61,352 nucleotides of DNA, taken from IMG/VR virus record IMGVR_UViG_3300032087_000329, positions 1 to 61,352 of that record, one strand, 5' to 3'. Shown in pieces: positions 27,247 to 37,253 of this stretch (the first letter of the stretch is position 1; every line of letters begins with the position of its first letter). The stretch is from a virus. Its lineage: Duplodnaviria > Caudoviricetes. The translations under genes were made by a program, and so were the position numbers. The notes below the pieces were generated by a model. It did not search any database, had not been told where the DNA came from, and was given only the letters and a program-made list of their open reading frames with translations.

Positions 27247-27533
27247 AGAAATCTATTTTTTACTTTCTTGATTCCTTTAGTTTCGAGCCAATCTCTATAT
27301 TCTTCGTTAGTGAGATGTTTTTTCTCTTGTTCTACTTGTAGAGCGTCATAATAATGACCCTCTCCTATTTTGCATCTTCGTATAATCTGATGCACCCTTT
27401 GTTTAGAAATGTTAAATTTATCACCAATGTTTTCCATAGTTAAACCTTGTTTATACATATCAAACATTTCTTTATTTCTTTTTAAGAAGTTGGTAGCCAA
27501 CTCTTCGTTTATACCTTGCATTAATTGCTCCAA
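27243..27533 (-). CDS. HTH DNA-binding protein (sigma70 region 4-like)
   Basis: GLTMENIGDKFNISKQRVHQII. Confidence 0.75.
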   Translation of the reverse strand: MEQLMQGINEELATNFLKRNKEMFDMYKQGLTMENIGDKFNISKQRVHQIIRRCKIGEGHYYDALQVEQEKKHLTNEEYRDWLETKGIKKVKNRFL

Positions 27534-29401
27534 AATTTATTGTGATCAACAGTAGCTGTTCCCCATGTATCACCTATCTCAGCATCTACTTTTGAAGGAA
27601 CATCTAAATCGACACAAGTTTCCATTATTTCCACAACCTTTCTGCTTTCTTCTTTATTTTTAACAGATATGTCCAACTCATCATGTACTTGGATGTGTGG
27701 GACTATACCCTCGTTCCATAAATCTACCATGGCTTGTTTTGTCATATCTGCTGCACTGCCTTGTATCAACCTATTAAATGCTCTATAGGTGTATGCTCGG
27801 CGAATGTTTCCACCATACTCTTCGTATGCTTTATCATACGGCAACGGTGTGTCTTTCTCGTTTCTTGGTTCGTATAAATCAAAACGACATCGTCTATCTA
27901 ATAATGTCGTAATATAACCAACATTTTCTGCTCTTCTAGAGCATGCTAATGTCAACTCTTTGATAAAAGGTACTTTTGAATGATAAGTGTTAAATAACAC
28001 GTCAGCTTCTAGTTCGTTGATACCTAATGCATTAATTAGTTTAGCTTTACCCATACCATAGCTTAAAGATAAATTAATTACTTTAGCATCTTTTCTAGAT
28101 ATTCCTGCCATATCTGCTACAATCTGATGAAAGTCAGCATCCTCATGGCGATATGCTTGCACTGCTTCATCAGCACCAGGAAGTTCCATTTGCGATGCAT
28201 AATGTACGGTCAATCTAGGTTCTTGTTGTGAGTAATCGAAGGCTCCCCATTTATGTCCTTCTTCAGGCAAAAATAATCCACGAACTAGTGGACCTAACAC
28301 TGGATCACGAGCAGGAACTTGTTGTAAATTGGGTGTGCTATAACTAAACCTACCACTAACAGTCCCACCAGAATCCCCACGTAAAGGGTGCATTTGTCCA
28401 TGTATCCTGCCGTTATGTGCATGTTTTAAAATCATATTTTCTATAAACGCACTTCTAATTTTCTGTAGTTTTCTTGCTTCAACTATAAGTTTTGGCAATC
28501 CATGGTTTAAACTTTCTAACCATTTACCAGTGAAACTTGGAGCATTAGTTTTCTTAGTTCTAGGATATGTTAGACCAGCTTTATCGAATGCTTTTGCGAC
28601 ACTAGCAGATGCCCATACATCCACATCTACACCATACTTATACTTTATTTGTTTTACGCATTCGTTTTCTTTAATTTTTAATTCTTTTGCCGATTGTTCT
28701 GCCTTATTTTCATCAACACGCACACCGTTCCATCGCATCTCTACAAGCAAAGGAATAAGACTAGATTCAAGTTCATAGATACTGTGTAAATTCTCTATAT
28801 CCATTAATTTACTCAATTTATCCCACAGTTTTAGAGTCAACAGAGCGTCTTGTTCAGCATAATGCCCTACATACTTAGCAGGAAGTCTCCACATTTCTGA
28901 CTTTGCGTCAACTCCATAGCTGTTTGCTGCTTCAATGAGCAATGTTTCATCTTTTACATCACCACAATATTCTTCACCTAATATATTTAAAGAGTATCTT
29001 CGTTTGTTTTCGTCAACTAACGGAGCAGCAATTACAGTGTCATGTATTTTACCATTAATTTGTATTCCTTCTCGTTTTAGCCAACCTACATCGTACAAAG
29101 CGTTGTGAAATATTTTATCACAACTACCTGATAATGTTTTGTTCACCCAGCGTTTTACTAAACCTTCATCTAAATTACCACCACCCTCATGTCTTATAGG
29201 TAAGTACCCAGACCATGTGTCTGTAGCTATTGCAAAACCAGTGACGTATCCATCTCCAGTTGCCCATCCTGGACCAGAAGTTATTAAGTTAGGATCTTTA
29301 GTTTCTAAATCTATAGCTATACGTTTAGCTGATGATAAATCGGGCAATGTATCAGGAGCAGTCCAGTCAGATTTAGGAGGAAATAAAGGCATGGTTCTCA
29401 C
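27521..29401 (-). CDS. polA: Family A DNA polymerase with 3'-5' exonuclease domain
   Basis: DLET, FHNALYD, SGRFSYSTPNLQQ, DYSQQEPR, AKVINLSLSYGMG, IQGSAAD, VHDEL. Confidence 0.95.
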   Translation of the reverse strand: MRTMPLFPPKSDWTAPDTLPDLSSAKRIAIDLETKDPNLITSGPGWATGDGYVTGFAIATDTWSGYLPIRHEGGGNLDEGLVKRWVNKTLSGSCDKIFHNALYDVGWLKREGIQINGKIHDTVIAAPLVDENKRRYSLNILGEEYCGDVKDETLLIEAANSYGVDAKSEMWRLPAKYVGHYAEQDALLTLKLWDKLSKLMDIENLHSIYELESSLIPLLVEMRWNGVRVDENKAEQSAKELKIKENECVKQIKYKYGVDVDVWASASVAKAFDKAGLTYPRTKKTNAPSFTGKWLESLNHGLPKLIVEARKLQKIRSAFIENMILKHAHNGRIHGQMHPLRGDSGGTVSGRFSYSTPNLQQVPARDPVLGPLVRGLFLPEEGHKWGAFDYSQQEPRLTVHYASQMELPGADEAVQAYRHEDADFHQIVADMAGISRKDAKVINLSLSYGMGKAKLINALGINELEADVLFNTYHSKVPFIKELTLACSRRAENVGYITTLLDRRCRFDLYEPRNEKDTPLPYDKAYEEYGGNIRRAYTYRAFNRLIQGSAADMTKQAMVDLWNEGIVPHIQVHDELDISVKNKEESRKVVEIMETCVDLDVPSKVDAEIGDTWGTATVDHNKFWSN

Positions 29402-29919
29402 TCTGTTGCTCCGTAAGATTTAACTAAATAACCTAATAATGACTTGCCTCTCTTGTTTAAATTCATATCAACTAATTTTTCTACACCATTACTAAAAACT
29501 ACATTAACGTTTGTGTTTCCTAAACTTCTTTGATTTACACAATACAGCAAAAGTTCAAACAGATCAGATTGTTTAAAATACTCTTGTTCTTCTGCATCTA
29601 AATCGTAATCTACACCTAGTTCTTCTTCTATTTCTTTTTCGACCCTGCGTAATTCACACGCTAAATCTTTGTTATTCCATTTAGTCGGAGCTGGCATATC
29701 TCCAGTTCTTTTTTCAGCCACATCGTGACTTAATGCTTTTAGAAGTGCTACTTTACTTATATCAGGTTTTAACCAATTTAGAATAACTGCAACTCCCCAT
29801 GAATGATTAGCTACTGTTTGCTCACCGATAGTTTTCATAGTGTGATAACGTTTAACTTCGCCACCACTTAAAATGTCTATTAAATTTTTTACTTTTTTAG
29901 ATTGATCTATACTCATCAC
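29398..29919 (-). CDS. HD-domain nucleotide phosphohydrolase (YfbR-like)
   Basis: KRYH...TVANHSW...LSHDVAE..TGD.P.P.K. Confidence 0.8.
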   Translation of the reverse strand: MMSIDQSKKVKNLIDILSGGEVKRYHTMKTIGEQTVANHSWGVAVILNWLKPDISKVALLKALSHDVAEKRTGDMPAPTKWNNKDLACELRRVEKEIEEELGVDYDLDAEEQEYFKQSDLFELLLYCVNQRSLGNTNVNVVFSNGVEKLVDMNLNKRGKSLLGYLVKSYGATE

Positions 29920-30598
29920 ATATTCCTATTTTACCATAATGACACCAGCGACAATTTTTTACACTTGCATTTGCTGGGTATTCTTTAGCTTCTGTTAGTT
30001 TTAATGCTCGTTCATGGAACATTCTTTGTCGTTCTTTTATTTCTTCTACTGTATACGAGTGTCTAGATATTTTACCATGATCTAAATACCATAATTCTGC
30101 TTGTATATTCTCTACCGAAGGATCACGATTGTATGTTGCAGATGCATATAAGGCACATTGTTGTTCGTGGGACTCTTCGTTGCCCATATATCTACCTGTT
30201 TTGAAATCTATGACTACTGTGCGATCGGGTTTTTTAACGTATGCGTCTATTTTATACCTGCACCAAGTATTATTTTCTTTCCATCCACTAGGTTGCCAGT
30301 CTAAATCAAACGCCCAATCTTCTTCTACGGAAACTTGACCATCTATATAACCTTGTCTTAACTCCTCAAAACCTAGTTCAAACATCTGTAAACCTTTAGT
30401 AAGTTCACCTTCACCTTTTATGTAATTTTCTGCCTCTATATGGATGTTAGTTCCTCTAGTAGCAGCAGGATGCTGAGGAGTTGGTATTTTTTCTATGCTA
30501 GAGTAATAATACCTTTTAGGGCATTGCTCAAACACAGACAATCTACTATACGACCATGTTGTCAACATTTTCTCCTGATATCTTAGTTGGACCACCAT
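29897..30598 (-). CDS. PD-(D/E)XK exonuclease (RecB/Cas4-like)
   Basis: WSYSRL...CP, KID, DFKTG, C-terminal CRWC...C; real start is probably the internal MLTTWSYS. Confidence 0.8.
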   Translation of the reverse strand: MVVQLRYQEKMLTTWSYSRLSVFEQCPKRYYYSSIEKIPTPQHPAATRGTNIHIEAENYIKGEGELTKGLQMFELGFEELRQGYIDGQVSVEEDWAFDLDWQPSGWKENNTWCRYKIDAYVKKPDRTVVIDFKTGRYMGNEESHEQQCALYASATYNRDPSVENIQAELWYLDHGKISRHSYTVEEIKERQRMFHERALKLTEAKEYPANASVKNCRWCHYGKIGICDEYRSI

Positions 30599-31634
30599 CT
30601 TTTGTAGGTGTTTCCACTAAACTAGGCTTTAATCTTCGTTGTAACCATTCTATACAAGCTATACTCCAATCTTCTGCTTTACAAAACTCTTTTAAGACAG
30701 AGATTGCTCCTTGTGTGTTTTTATCTTTATGCATAAACCATGCTTTATGCATAGGTTGAACCACATGTATAAAAAACGGATGTTCAAATCTCCATTTTTC
30801 TTCTGTATACTTATGAAACTTATCTAAATCTTCCTCAAACGATCTTACTGAGTCATCGTCTGATGTAAGCATAGGATACGGAGAAATATCGTCATACGGA
30901 CTTCCAGTCATAGGATATTTTAAAGCGTAGTAATCTACTTCAGGAAGTCTTTTTTCCATCTCGTTATACACATCTTCATAAACATGGAAACTGTCACTAA
31001 TTTGATTGTAGACACCTACGTCTACACCTATTTTTGCTGCCATATACTCTTGCAACATAGACATATGAACTGCGTTTGCACCGTATGCTCCCCAAATCAT
31101 ATCGTTGGATCTACAACAAACAGTCATGTTTAACTTATTGTTTCTTATTTTAAAATATATGTGTGTATTACATGGCGTGTCTTTAGTGTCACGATCTAAA
31201 TCTCTTACACAATCCCACATTGCTAACACACATCTTCTGTCTGTAGGATCATTTTGTAATCGGTTTGCTATAATGTCTAGCTGGTCTTTTTGAAAAAATC
31301 TTTTCCATCTATACCCATATGCTCCATTAAGTGTCACACCGTTATCACTGTACTCAGCCATGCGTTTGTTGTACTTCGTTAGGAAATGTACGTCATCCCT
31401 GCCAGCTAACATCCATAAACTTTCCATAAAATGAAAGAATGGATTAGCATCACGAGGTTCCCAAAAAATTACACGCTGACATGGATTTCTATATGTAGTT
31501 ATCACTGGACCATCGTACTCTAGCGTTGTACCTGCTCTACTTTCTTGTTTACAGATATCTCCGTCCCATCTGAATAAATCTATACCTAATATAAACGCTT
31601 CATGTACATTATCACAATTTATTATTTTCGCCAT
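30546..31634 (-). CDS. Thymidylate synthase-family enzyme, probably dUMP hydroxymethylase
   Basis: GAYGYRW, DRRCVL.MWD, catalytic PCN, RSNDMIWGAYGAN with Asn at the dUMP-specificity site; neighbours match 5hmdU phage clusters. Confidence 0.8.
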   Translation of the reverse strand: MAKIINCDNVHEAFILGIDLFRWDGDICKQESRAGTTLEYDGPVITTYRNPCQRVIFWEPRDANPFFHFMESLWMLAGRDDVHFLTKYNKRMAEYSDNGVTLNGAYGYRWKRFFQKDQLDIIANRLQNDPTDRRCVLAMWDCVRDLDRDTKDTPCNTHIYFKIRNNKLNMTVCCRSNDMIWGAYGANAVHMSMLQEYMAAKIGVDVGVYNQISDSFHVYEDVYNEMEKRLPEVDYYALKYPMTGSPYDDISPYPMLTSDDDSVRSFEEDLDKFHKYTEEKWRFEHPFFIHVVQPMHKAWFMHKDKNTQGAISVLKEFCKAEDWSIACIEWLQRRLKPSLVETPTKDGGPTKISGENVDNMVV

Positions 31635-31643
31635 TGTTTTCTC

Positions 31644-32981
31644 CTATATTTCTTTTGACAATTTAAAAAAGTCTGACATAACTTCTTCTGTTTTATTTAT
31701 AACTTTATCAGAAACCTCACCTACCTTTAGATCTTTGTAAAATCCTGTCGGCATATTAAACGCTAGTGAAATGTATTGTTGAGCAACTCTTTCTCTTTCA
31801 AAATCAGCTAACAGTGTATAGTTAGCTTCATGTATTTCATTAGATAAATAGTCAGGTAGATTACATGTTTCTTCTATCTTTTCAGCAAACTCTAACGGAG
31901 TAGCATCATGAGGAACCATCATATAGTTTTCATATGGTTTAAACACCTCTCCTACACCGTCTTCATTAGTGGATATACCGAAATTTCTAGCTATAGGTAT
32001 TGCTCCCTCTATTATTCCGTCTACAACTACACGGTTAAAATGGTCACCAACCTTTGCATAAGCCACAGACCAAGAAGGATCTATAACTACTTTAGATTGC
32101 CTTAATAGATGGCGTATTGTTGGTTGACTTAAATAACCTAACCACTCCATACCATGCTCTAACGCAACATCCCATATTTTTCTACCATAATAAATAGGAT
32201 CTATGTCTGGATCTTTTTCTTCTGAAACAAAATATTGTGGTTTACATTTATCTACAGAAGTCATGTAGTTATGCTCTATACCACCACCAGCCATAAGTTT
32301 ACGTGTATTTTTAGACACATGTGGTATAGCTCTAACTAAGTCATCCACATGTTTCCAGCCTTTAAAGGTCTGCATAGATATAAAACTATTTTTTCTATTT
32401 TTCCAATCATTACGTCTAGTTAACGAAGCTAAATCCTGCGGATTAAATATTAAAGCTCTTGGCACATCTAACACACTAGCACCATGATAAGCACATGGAT
32501 GTACACAAGCCAATCCATGTAAATGTCTAGATATTTGATGTATCCATGGATAACTTTTTTCCATATTACCGTCGTGAATAATAGCAACTTGTCTTATATC
32601 TTGAGGTAAATCGTATAATGCTAACCAATCTGTATTGCCCTCATTATCTCTTTGTTTTGTAGGAACAGGTATTTGCCATATTATCATATCATAATCATCT
32701 ACAAATCTTTTCCACCTTTTTAAATTCCAGTCACCTTTATAGGCAAATCTGTTAGCAGCAGGAAACAACCATCCTTTACCTTGATGCACTGGTATACCAG
32801 ATGCACCAGTCTCGTACTCATCTGTATTTTTAGTAGTTTTACTTTTGACACTTTCTCTCCAGATAAGTTCTACAAAATTTACATCGTGTCCCTGTTGTTT
32901 TAGACCAGCTATAAGTTGTTCGTTATGATTAATAATCCCACCTGGACTATTAATACCATACATAGTAATTAATATCTTCAT
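31644..32981 (-). CDS. GT-B fold glycosyltransferase-like protein
   Basis: MKILI...PGGI N-terminus; WKHVDDLVRAI; WLGYL...VIDPSW...FNRVVVDGI..G.IPI. Confidence 0.7.
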   Translation of the reverse strand: MKILITMYGINSPGGIINHNEQLIAGLKQQGHDVNFVELIWRESVKSKTTKNTDEYETGASGIPVHQGKGWLFPAANRFAYKGDWNLKRWKRFVDDYDMIIWQIPVPTKQRDNEGNTDWLALYDLPQDIRQVAIIHDGNMEKSYPWIHQISRHLHGLACVHPCAYHGASVLDVPRALIFNPQDLASLTRRNDWKNRKNSFISMQTFKGWKHVDDLVRAIPHVSKNTRKLMAGGGIEHNYMTSVDKCKPQYFVSEEKDPDIDPIYYGRKIWDVALEHGMEWLGYLSQPTIRHLLRQSKVVIDPSWSVAYAKVGDHFNRVVVDGIIEGAIPIARNFGISTNEDGVGEVFKPYENYMMVPHDATPLEFAEKIEETCNLPDYLSNEIHEANYTLLADFERERVAQQYISLAFNMPTGFYKDLKVGEVSDKVINKTEEVMSDFFKLSKEI

Positions 32982-33289
32982 TCTTCGCTCTCCTTTTTAA
33001 TTGATGTGACATGCTCTTCGACTAATAGTAGATAGCGACGTAAATCTTGTATATCATCTAAAATACCTTCTTTTCTATCGTCATCATAATACGCTTGAAA
33101 CACATCATAGTTATATCCTAAGACTTGGTTTTCTATTCTGTCCCATTTACGTGCTAGCATCATAAATGCACCAACGCCACCTCTTCTTCTCCAAGAGTCT
33201 CCGTAAGATTTACCAGCTTCTTCTAGTTCAGTGACATCTGTTTGTGCAATGCCACGCATTTTTTCAAACGGTGTAAATAAATTGCTCAT
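32978..33289 (-). CDS. Nucleotide modification-associated domain 1 (Nmad1/DUF1599-like) protein
   Basis: KSYGDSW..RG....MLARKWDRI...DDIQDLRRY. Confidence 0.7.
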   Translation of the reverse strand: MSNLFTPFEKMRGIAQTDVTELEEAGKSYGDSWRRRGGVGAFMMLARKWDRIENQVLGYNYDVFQAYYDDDRKEGILDDIQDLRRYLLLVEEHVTSIKKESEE

Positions 33290-33978
33290 AATTCTAACTC
33301 CTTCATTTTATCTTTAACCAAACCCAGTCCAGGATTTGTTCTATGTAATATTAATGTTGTGACATGCCAACTAAATCTAAACTTGGTGTGATAATGCCAG
33401 TCGTTAAATTTTCTAGCTAACGCCATACCTAGTTCTCTAAAACCTTTTTTGCCTAAATGTAGTTCTATAGCAACTTGTTCAACATAGTCTGGTATGTCTT
33501 TTTGAAACATGAAATTATATTCACCACCCTCTATGTCTACCTTTAGCACTTGTGGTTTATGTATATCTAATTTTTGCCAAAAGTTTTCTGCTTGTACCGT
33601 GACAACCTCTCTGTTCTTTACAGGAATATGTGTATGGCACGTAGGATAAGTTTTAGATAAATAAAATTCAGTTTCTATGTCGTCATGACCTGTAAGAGCT
33701 GAATTATACAAACTTGTTTTCTCATTGTTTACATTCATAACTGCAAGTGCGAAACTCTCTGGCGTTGGTTCATAGGCATATACATGTTTAGCACCGTTTT
33801 TTAACGCTAAATCTGTAAAACACCCTATGTGTGCACCCACATCCATAACAGTTTTATCTTTAAAGTCTAGTTTAGCATACTGAGACTGTTCGTTTATTAC
33901 AAAAAGTTCTCCCAACTCTGGTCTATACCATAAACCAGACTTTTCGTCTTTTTCTATTTTTGCATTAAGTTCATCCAT
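33286..33978 (-). CDS. FkbM-family SAM-dependent methyltransferase
   Basis: VMDVGAHIG.F, YAYEP, LKVDIEGGEY. Confidence 0.85.
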   Translation of the reverse strand: MDELNAKIEKDEKSGLWYRPELGELFVINEQSQYAKLDFKDKTVMDVGAHIGCFTDLALKNGAKHVYAYEPTPESFALAVMNVNNEKTSLYNSALTGHDDIETEFYLSKTYPTCHTHIPVKNREVVTVQAENFWQKLDIHKPQVLKVDIEGGEYNFMFQKDIPDYVEQVAIELHLGKKGFRELGMALARKFNDWHYHTKFRFSWHVTTLILHRTNPGLGLVKDKMKELEL

Positions 33979-34055
33979 TACTTTTGCTCCTTTATGTACG
34001 CATATATTATTAATAACAACAGTCCTAAAACTGCTAGAAAACTTATGTCTATCAT
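33978..34055 (-). CDS. Single-TM micro-protein (25 aa)
   Basis: MIDISFLAVLGLLLLIIYAYIKEQK; ATGA and TAATG overlaps fill the gap exactly. Confidence 0.5.
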   Translation of the reverse strand: MIDISFLAVLGLLLLIIYAYIKEQK

Positions 34056-34885
34056 TCTACACTCCTCTTATATAATGATCTAGGTTTACCCTGACCAAGT
34101 CTAACACGTTCATATTTATCGAACTCACATAAAGAATGTTCAATATCTCTCATCTCTAAATCTGGAACTTGCCCATGTAAAAAATCTGGACTAGCTTTTA
34201 AAAGTTCTCGCATCTCAACTATATTCTGACCACTTTTTACATGTTTGTCAACAGGTCTGTTATATATTCTGTTTAGACCACGTTTTGCTCCTGGTCCAGG
34301 ATTTGCCCAGTCCATAATATCATCGGCGTTTTCTCCTACCCATGTGTGTCTCCAGTCAGTGACAACCTCGTAAGCCATAAATGGACCCATGTATGGATAA
34401 GGTAGTAAAACTTCCCATAATTTACGTAAAGAATTTTTAGCTTCGTGTATATCGTCTAGAAACTTATTATGGTTTTTCATAATCTGATCTATACACCAAC
34501 AAACTCCTGCTAGTTTATCCATTCCGTTAGGTGTTTTTATTATGTATGCTCCAGTAATCCATTGTGGTTGATCTTTCATAACTTTATAGCATAGGTCACT
34601 ATCCCAAAACCTATGTAAATGGTGTTTCTTTAAAACTTCTCCTGTAGCGATAAGATTAAACCATCTAAAAATTATAGTGGCTAGTATAACATCCTGTTCA
34701 TCTTTTAAAGGATCACGTATATTTTCTCTAAACCATACTGTTGTTTTATCGTTCTCTCTAAACACATTAGTAAATTTATATTTTTGCAGAATAGGATCTT
34801 CTGTCCAAGGAAACTCTTGACCACGTAATCTACGTAGGTGTATCAAATGTCTTTCGTTTATAAAATTAAAAAAATTACTGTACAT
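34052..34885 (-). CDS. 5-hmdU DNA kinase family protein (aGPT-Pplase1/HMUDK helical domain)
   Basis: PWTEDPILQKYKFTNVFRENDK, GPFMAYEVVTD, NPGPGAKRGL, DIEHSLCEFDKY. Confidence 0.8.
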   Translation of the reverse strand: MYSNFFNFINERHLIHLRRLRGQEFPWTEDPILQKYKFTNVFRENDKTTVWFRENIRDPLKDEQDVILATIIFRWFNLIATGEVLKKHHLHRFWDSDLCYKVMKDQPQWITGAYIIKTPNGMDKLAGVCWCIDQIMKNHNKFLDDIHEAKNSLRKLWEVLLPYPYMGPFMAYEVVTDWRHTWVGENADDIMDWANPGPGAKRGLNRIYNRPVDKHVKSGQNIVEMRELLKASPDFLHGQVPDLEMRDIEHSLCEFDKYERVRLGQGKPRSLYKRSVE

Positions 34886-34893
34886 ATTTTCCT

Positions 34894-35322
34894 CTAGTGG
34901 TTTTGTTCTTTTAGTTTTCTAGCTTTCATCGTTGCATAAGAAACATCGTGGTGTTCGTTATAAGATTTTATAAATTCTTCGAATCCTGCCATGACCCTTC
35001 TATTTTCATGGTCAATACAATCGAGCCTATGTTGTTCGTCGCGTAATTCTACAGCTTCCCATACATCATTATCAATAGGTATGTCGTCTAAAGTATAACG
35101 ACCATTACCCATTACATAAGTTTCGTCTTTTTTGATAGAGTTTTCGACTTTTGATAAACTTCTAGGTCCACCTTGCGAGTCAAGTTCTTTATAAACGCCT
35201 TTTCTATCTATACAGTATTGTTTTACTTGGCATTTTCTACTACAAAATTTTCTTTGTTTTCCTATAAGTGGGTTATCACATCCAGGTATGCAACATTTTA
35301 AATAGTTTACTTTTTCACTCAT
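34894..35322 (-). CDS. Zn-finger hypothetical protein
   Basis: CCIPGC...FCSRKC; start moved to 35322 because a promoter overlaps the longer ORF start. Confidence 0.6.
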   Translation of the reverse strand: MSEKVNYLKCCIPGCDNPLIGKQRKFCSRKCQVKQYCIDRKGVYKELDSQGGPRSLSKVENSIKKDETYVMGNGRYTLDDIPIDNDVWEAVELRDEQHRLDCIDHENRRVMAGFEEFIKSYNEHHDVSYATMKARKLKEQNH

Positions 35323-35329
35323 GACCACA

Positions 35330-35358
35330 ATCATACTATAACTCCTATACAATGTAAA
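35330..35358 (-). promoter_or_regulatory. Conserved phage promoter upstream of the modification cluster
   Basis: CTCC-TTTACA-N17-TATGAT. Confidence 0.65.
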
Positions 35359-35363
35359 GGAGT

Positions 35364-36872
35364 TCATAGGATTGGTTTAAAAAATTTAGACGTAGACGGC
35401 TGAACTATATGTAAGTTTTTTCTAGTTCTAGTTACAGCTACGTAAAACGCACGATTTTCGCCATCTGGTCTAGCGTATAGTTCGTTAGCAGTTTTAACAG
35501 ATATATCTGTAAACACTACCACATTGTCTGCTTCTCCACCTTTTGCTGCATGTATAGTAGATAAACGTATTCTAGGTTTTGTAGCTTTTTCTCCTCTACG
35601 TAAACAAGCTATAAGGTATTCTCTTTGCTGTGCTCCAACTCTATCAAAAGCCTTGTGCCATATTTCATCAGTCAGGAGTCCATGTTTTTCTTTTAGTTCC
35701 TCTATGTCGACTAACTCTTCTTCTGAAAGTCCAGGAAGTTTTTTCTTTCCTTTCGCTACACCTTTTCCTACTGACATAAAGTAATAAATGTCTCGAACAC
35801 TACTTACAGACACTTTACGTTTTTTACGAAGCAACTCCCAGTTGCCTATAGCATCTAACAATCCTTGTTTTACAGACAGCTTGTTATTTTTAACGTAAAT
35901 GAAACCAATTTGTTGCAAAAATTTTTCAACACGATTTAAGATGTAACCGTTGCGTGCAAGCACTAACCAATCTCCATCAGAAAAGTCAATATGCTCATGG
36001 GAAACGTGAATAAATATCTTACCCTCTACTGATCTAGGGTTCCAAGATTTTTCTCTTCTGTTTTCTTTAGGTATTCTATTTAAGATTGCTTGTGCTAACT
36101 CGTGCACTTTTTTAGGAATTCTATAAGAGTTTTCTAGAACAGTGACGTCGCCCTCTAGTTGTATAAAAGAGTTTACATCTGCTCCTGCCCATTGGTAAAT
36201 TGCTTGATCGTCGTCGCCAGCAACATGTACATTCTTTACTCCTTGTGCCAACTTTTTAATACATTCCCACTGTAGTTTAGATAAATCCTGTGCCTCATCA
36301 ACAATTAATACATCTAAACTTGGTTTACTTTTATCACGAACAAAAAGATATAACATATCTGTGTAGTCTTTTAAAAATCTTTCTTCTTTAAATTTTTCTA
36401 AACTTGTACAAAACCAATGTACATGGTTCCATGGTATATCTACTCCTGACATTTTCCACTGTTCTTTTACGGATACTTGTTTGTTTCTAGCTATGTTTTC
36501 TATAAAAAGCATTTGATCACCTTTTGATAAACCAAACACTGTACCCTCTTCGGTTTTAAGTTGACCGTTTAATGGCTCTCCCATAATTTTACTAAATTCT
36601 TTATAGTGTGTTCTAGCCATTATGTCTGATGTTTTTAACCCTAACCAATTATAACAAAGTGAATGTATAGTTCTAAAATACACTAACTGTTTTCTATCTA
36701 AATTGAATCTATAACTTGCTCTTTCTAACGCTTCGTTTGCAGCTTTTTTAGTAAACGCTAAATAACCTATTTTGTGAGGCTCCACACCGTTTTGCAGATA
36801 ATCTTCTGTAAGATTAAGGAGACTGGTAGTCTTACCTGTTCCTGGTGGTCCAAGTATAATGTTCCAAGTCAC
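35364..36872 (-). CDS. UvrD/Rep-like SF1 helicase
   Basis: GPPGTGKT, DEAQD, GDDDQAIY, STIHAAKGGE, YVAVTR. Confidence 0.92.
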   Translation of the reverse strand: MTWNIILGPPGTGKTTSLLNLTEDYLQNGVEPHKIGYLAFTKKAANEALERASYRFNLDRKQLVYFRTIHSLCYNWLGLKTSDIMARTHYKEFSKIMGEPLNGQLKTEEGTVFGLSKGDQMLFIENIARNKQVSVKEQWKMSGVDIPWNHVHWFCTSLEKFKEERFLKDYTDMLYLFVRDKSKPSLDVLIVDEAQDLSKLQWECIKKLAQGVKNVHVAGDDDQAIYQWAGADVNSFIQLEGDVTVLENSYRIPKKVHELAQAILNRIPKENRREKSWNPRSVEGKIFIHVSHEHIDFSDGDWLVLARNGYILNRVEKFLQQIGFIYVKNNKLSVKQGLLDAIGNWELLRKKRKVSVSSVRDIYYFMSVGKGVAKGKKKLPGLSEEELVDIEELKEKHGLLTDEIWHKAFDRVGAQQREYLIACLRRGEKATKPRIRLSTIHAAKGGEADNVVVFTDISVKTANELYARPDGENRAFYVAVTRTRKNLHIVQPSTSKFFKPIL

Positions 36873-37045
36873 TTCTTTTTACTTTTCTTTTCAGGCTTAT
36901 CTTGTAGCATCATGTTGTTATGCATATTTAACCAGTCTATATCAACTTCATCTTTTCTGTTATCAAAATAATATAGAATTGATGCAACTGTGTTTCTCCA
37001 CATAGTGTCAATAAAGTTATCTAGTTTTTTAAACAGTTTTCTCAT
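36869..37045 (-). CDS. Small hypothetical protein
   Basis: MRKLFKKLDNF...; shorter start chosen to avoid a long overlap. Confidence 0.45.
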   Translation of the reverse strand: MRKLFKKLDNFIDTMWRNTVASILYYFDNRKDEVDIDWLNMHNNMMLQDKPEKKSKKK

Positions 37046-37253
37046 TTGTTTTAGTTTCTTTCTCTTCACTTTTCTTTTCAGACTTATTTTCTTTTTCAGG
37101 AACATTAAACGCTGGTTCATGCATAACCACATCCACTACATCAGCCATGTTTAAAAGTGTAGCACGTATTTGATTTCGTAATGGATCTGGTGTTAGATCA
37201 GACTCTAGGAGCAGAATGTACTGCTCCATGTTTTCTCGTATAGTAGTTTTCAT
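37029..37253 (-). CDS. Hypothetical protein
   Basis: GGAGG RBS and ATGA coupling. Confidence 0.55.
   Translation of the reverse strand: MKTTIRENMEQYILLLESDLTPDPLRNQIRATLLNMADVVDVVMHEPAFNVPEKENKSEKKSEEKETKTNEKTV

Noticed and set aside
29398-29919. DatZ indicating a diaminopurine (Z) genome
   Set aside because: No PurZ-like adenylosuccinate synthetase homologue recognised; the neighbours point to uracil/thymine modification
29897-30598. cas4 as part of a CRISPR system
   Set aside because: Stand-alone Cas4-like exonucleases are common in phage replication modules; no cas1 or cas2 present
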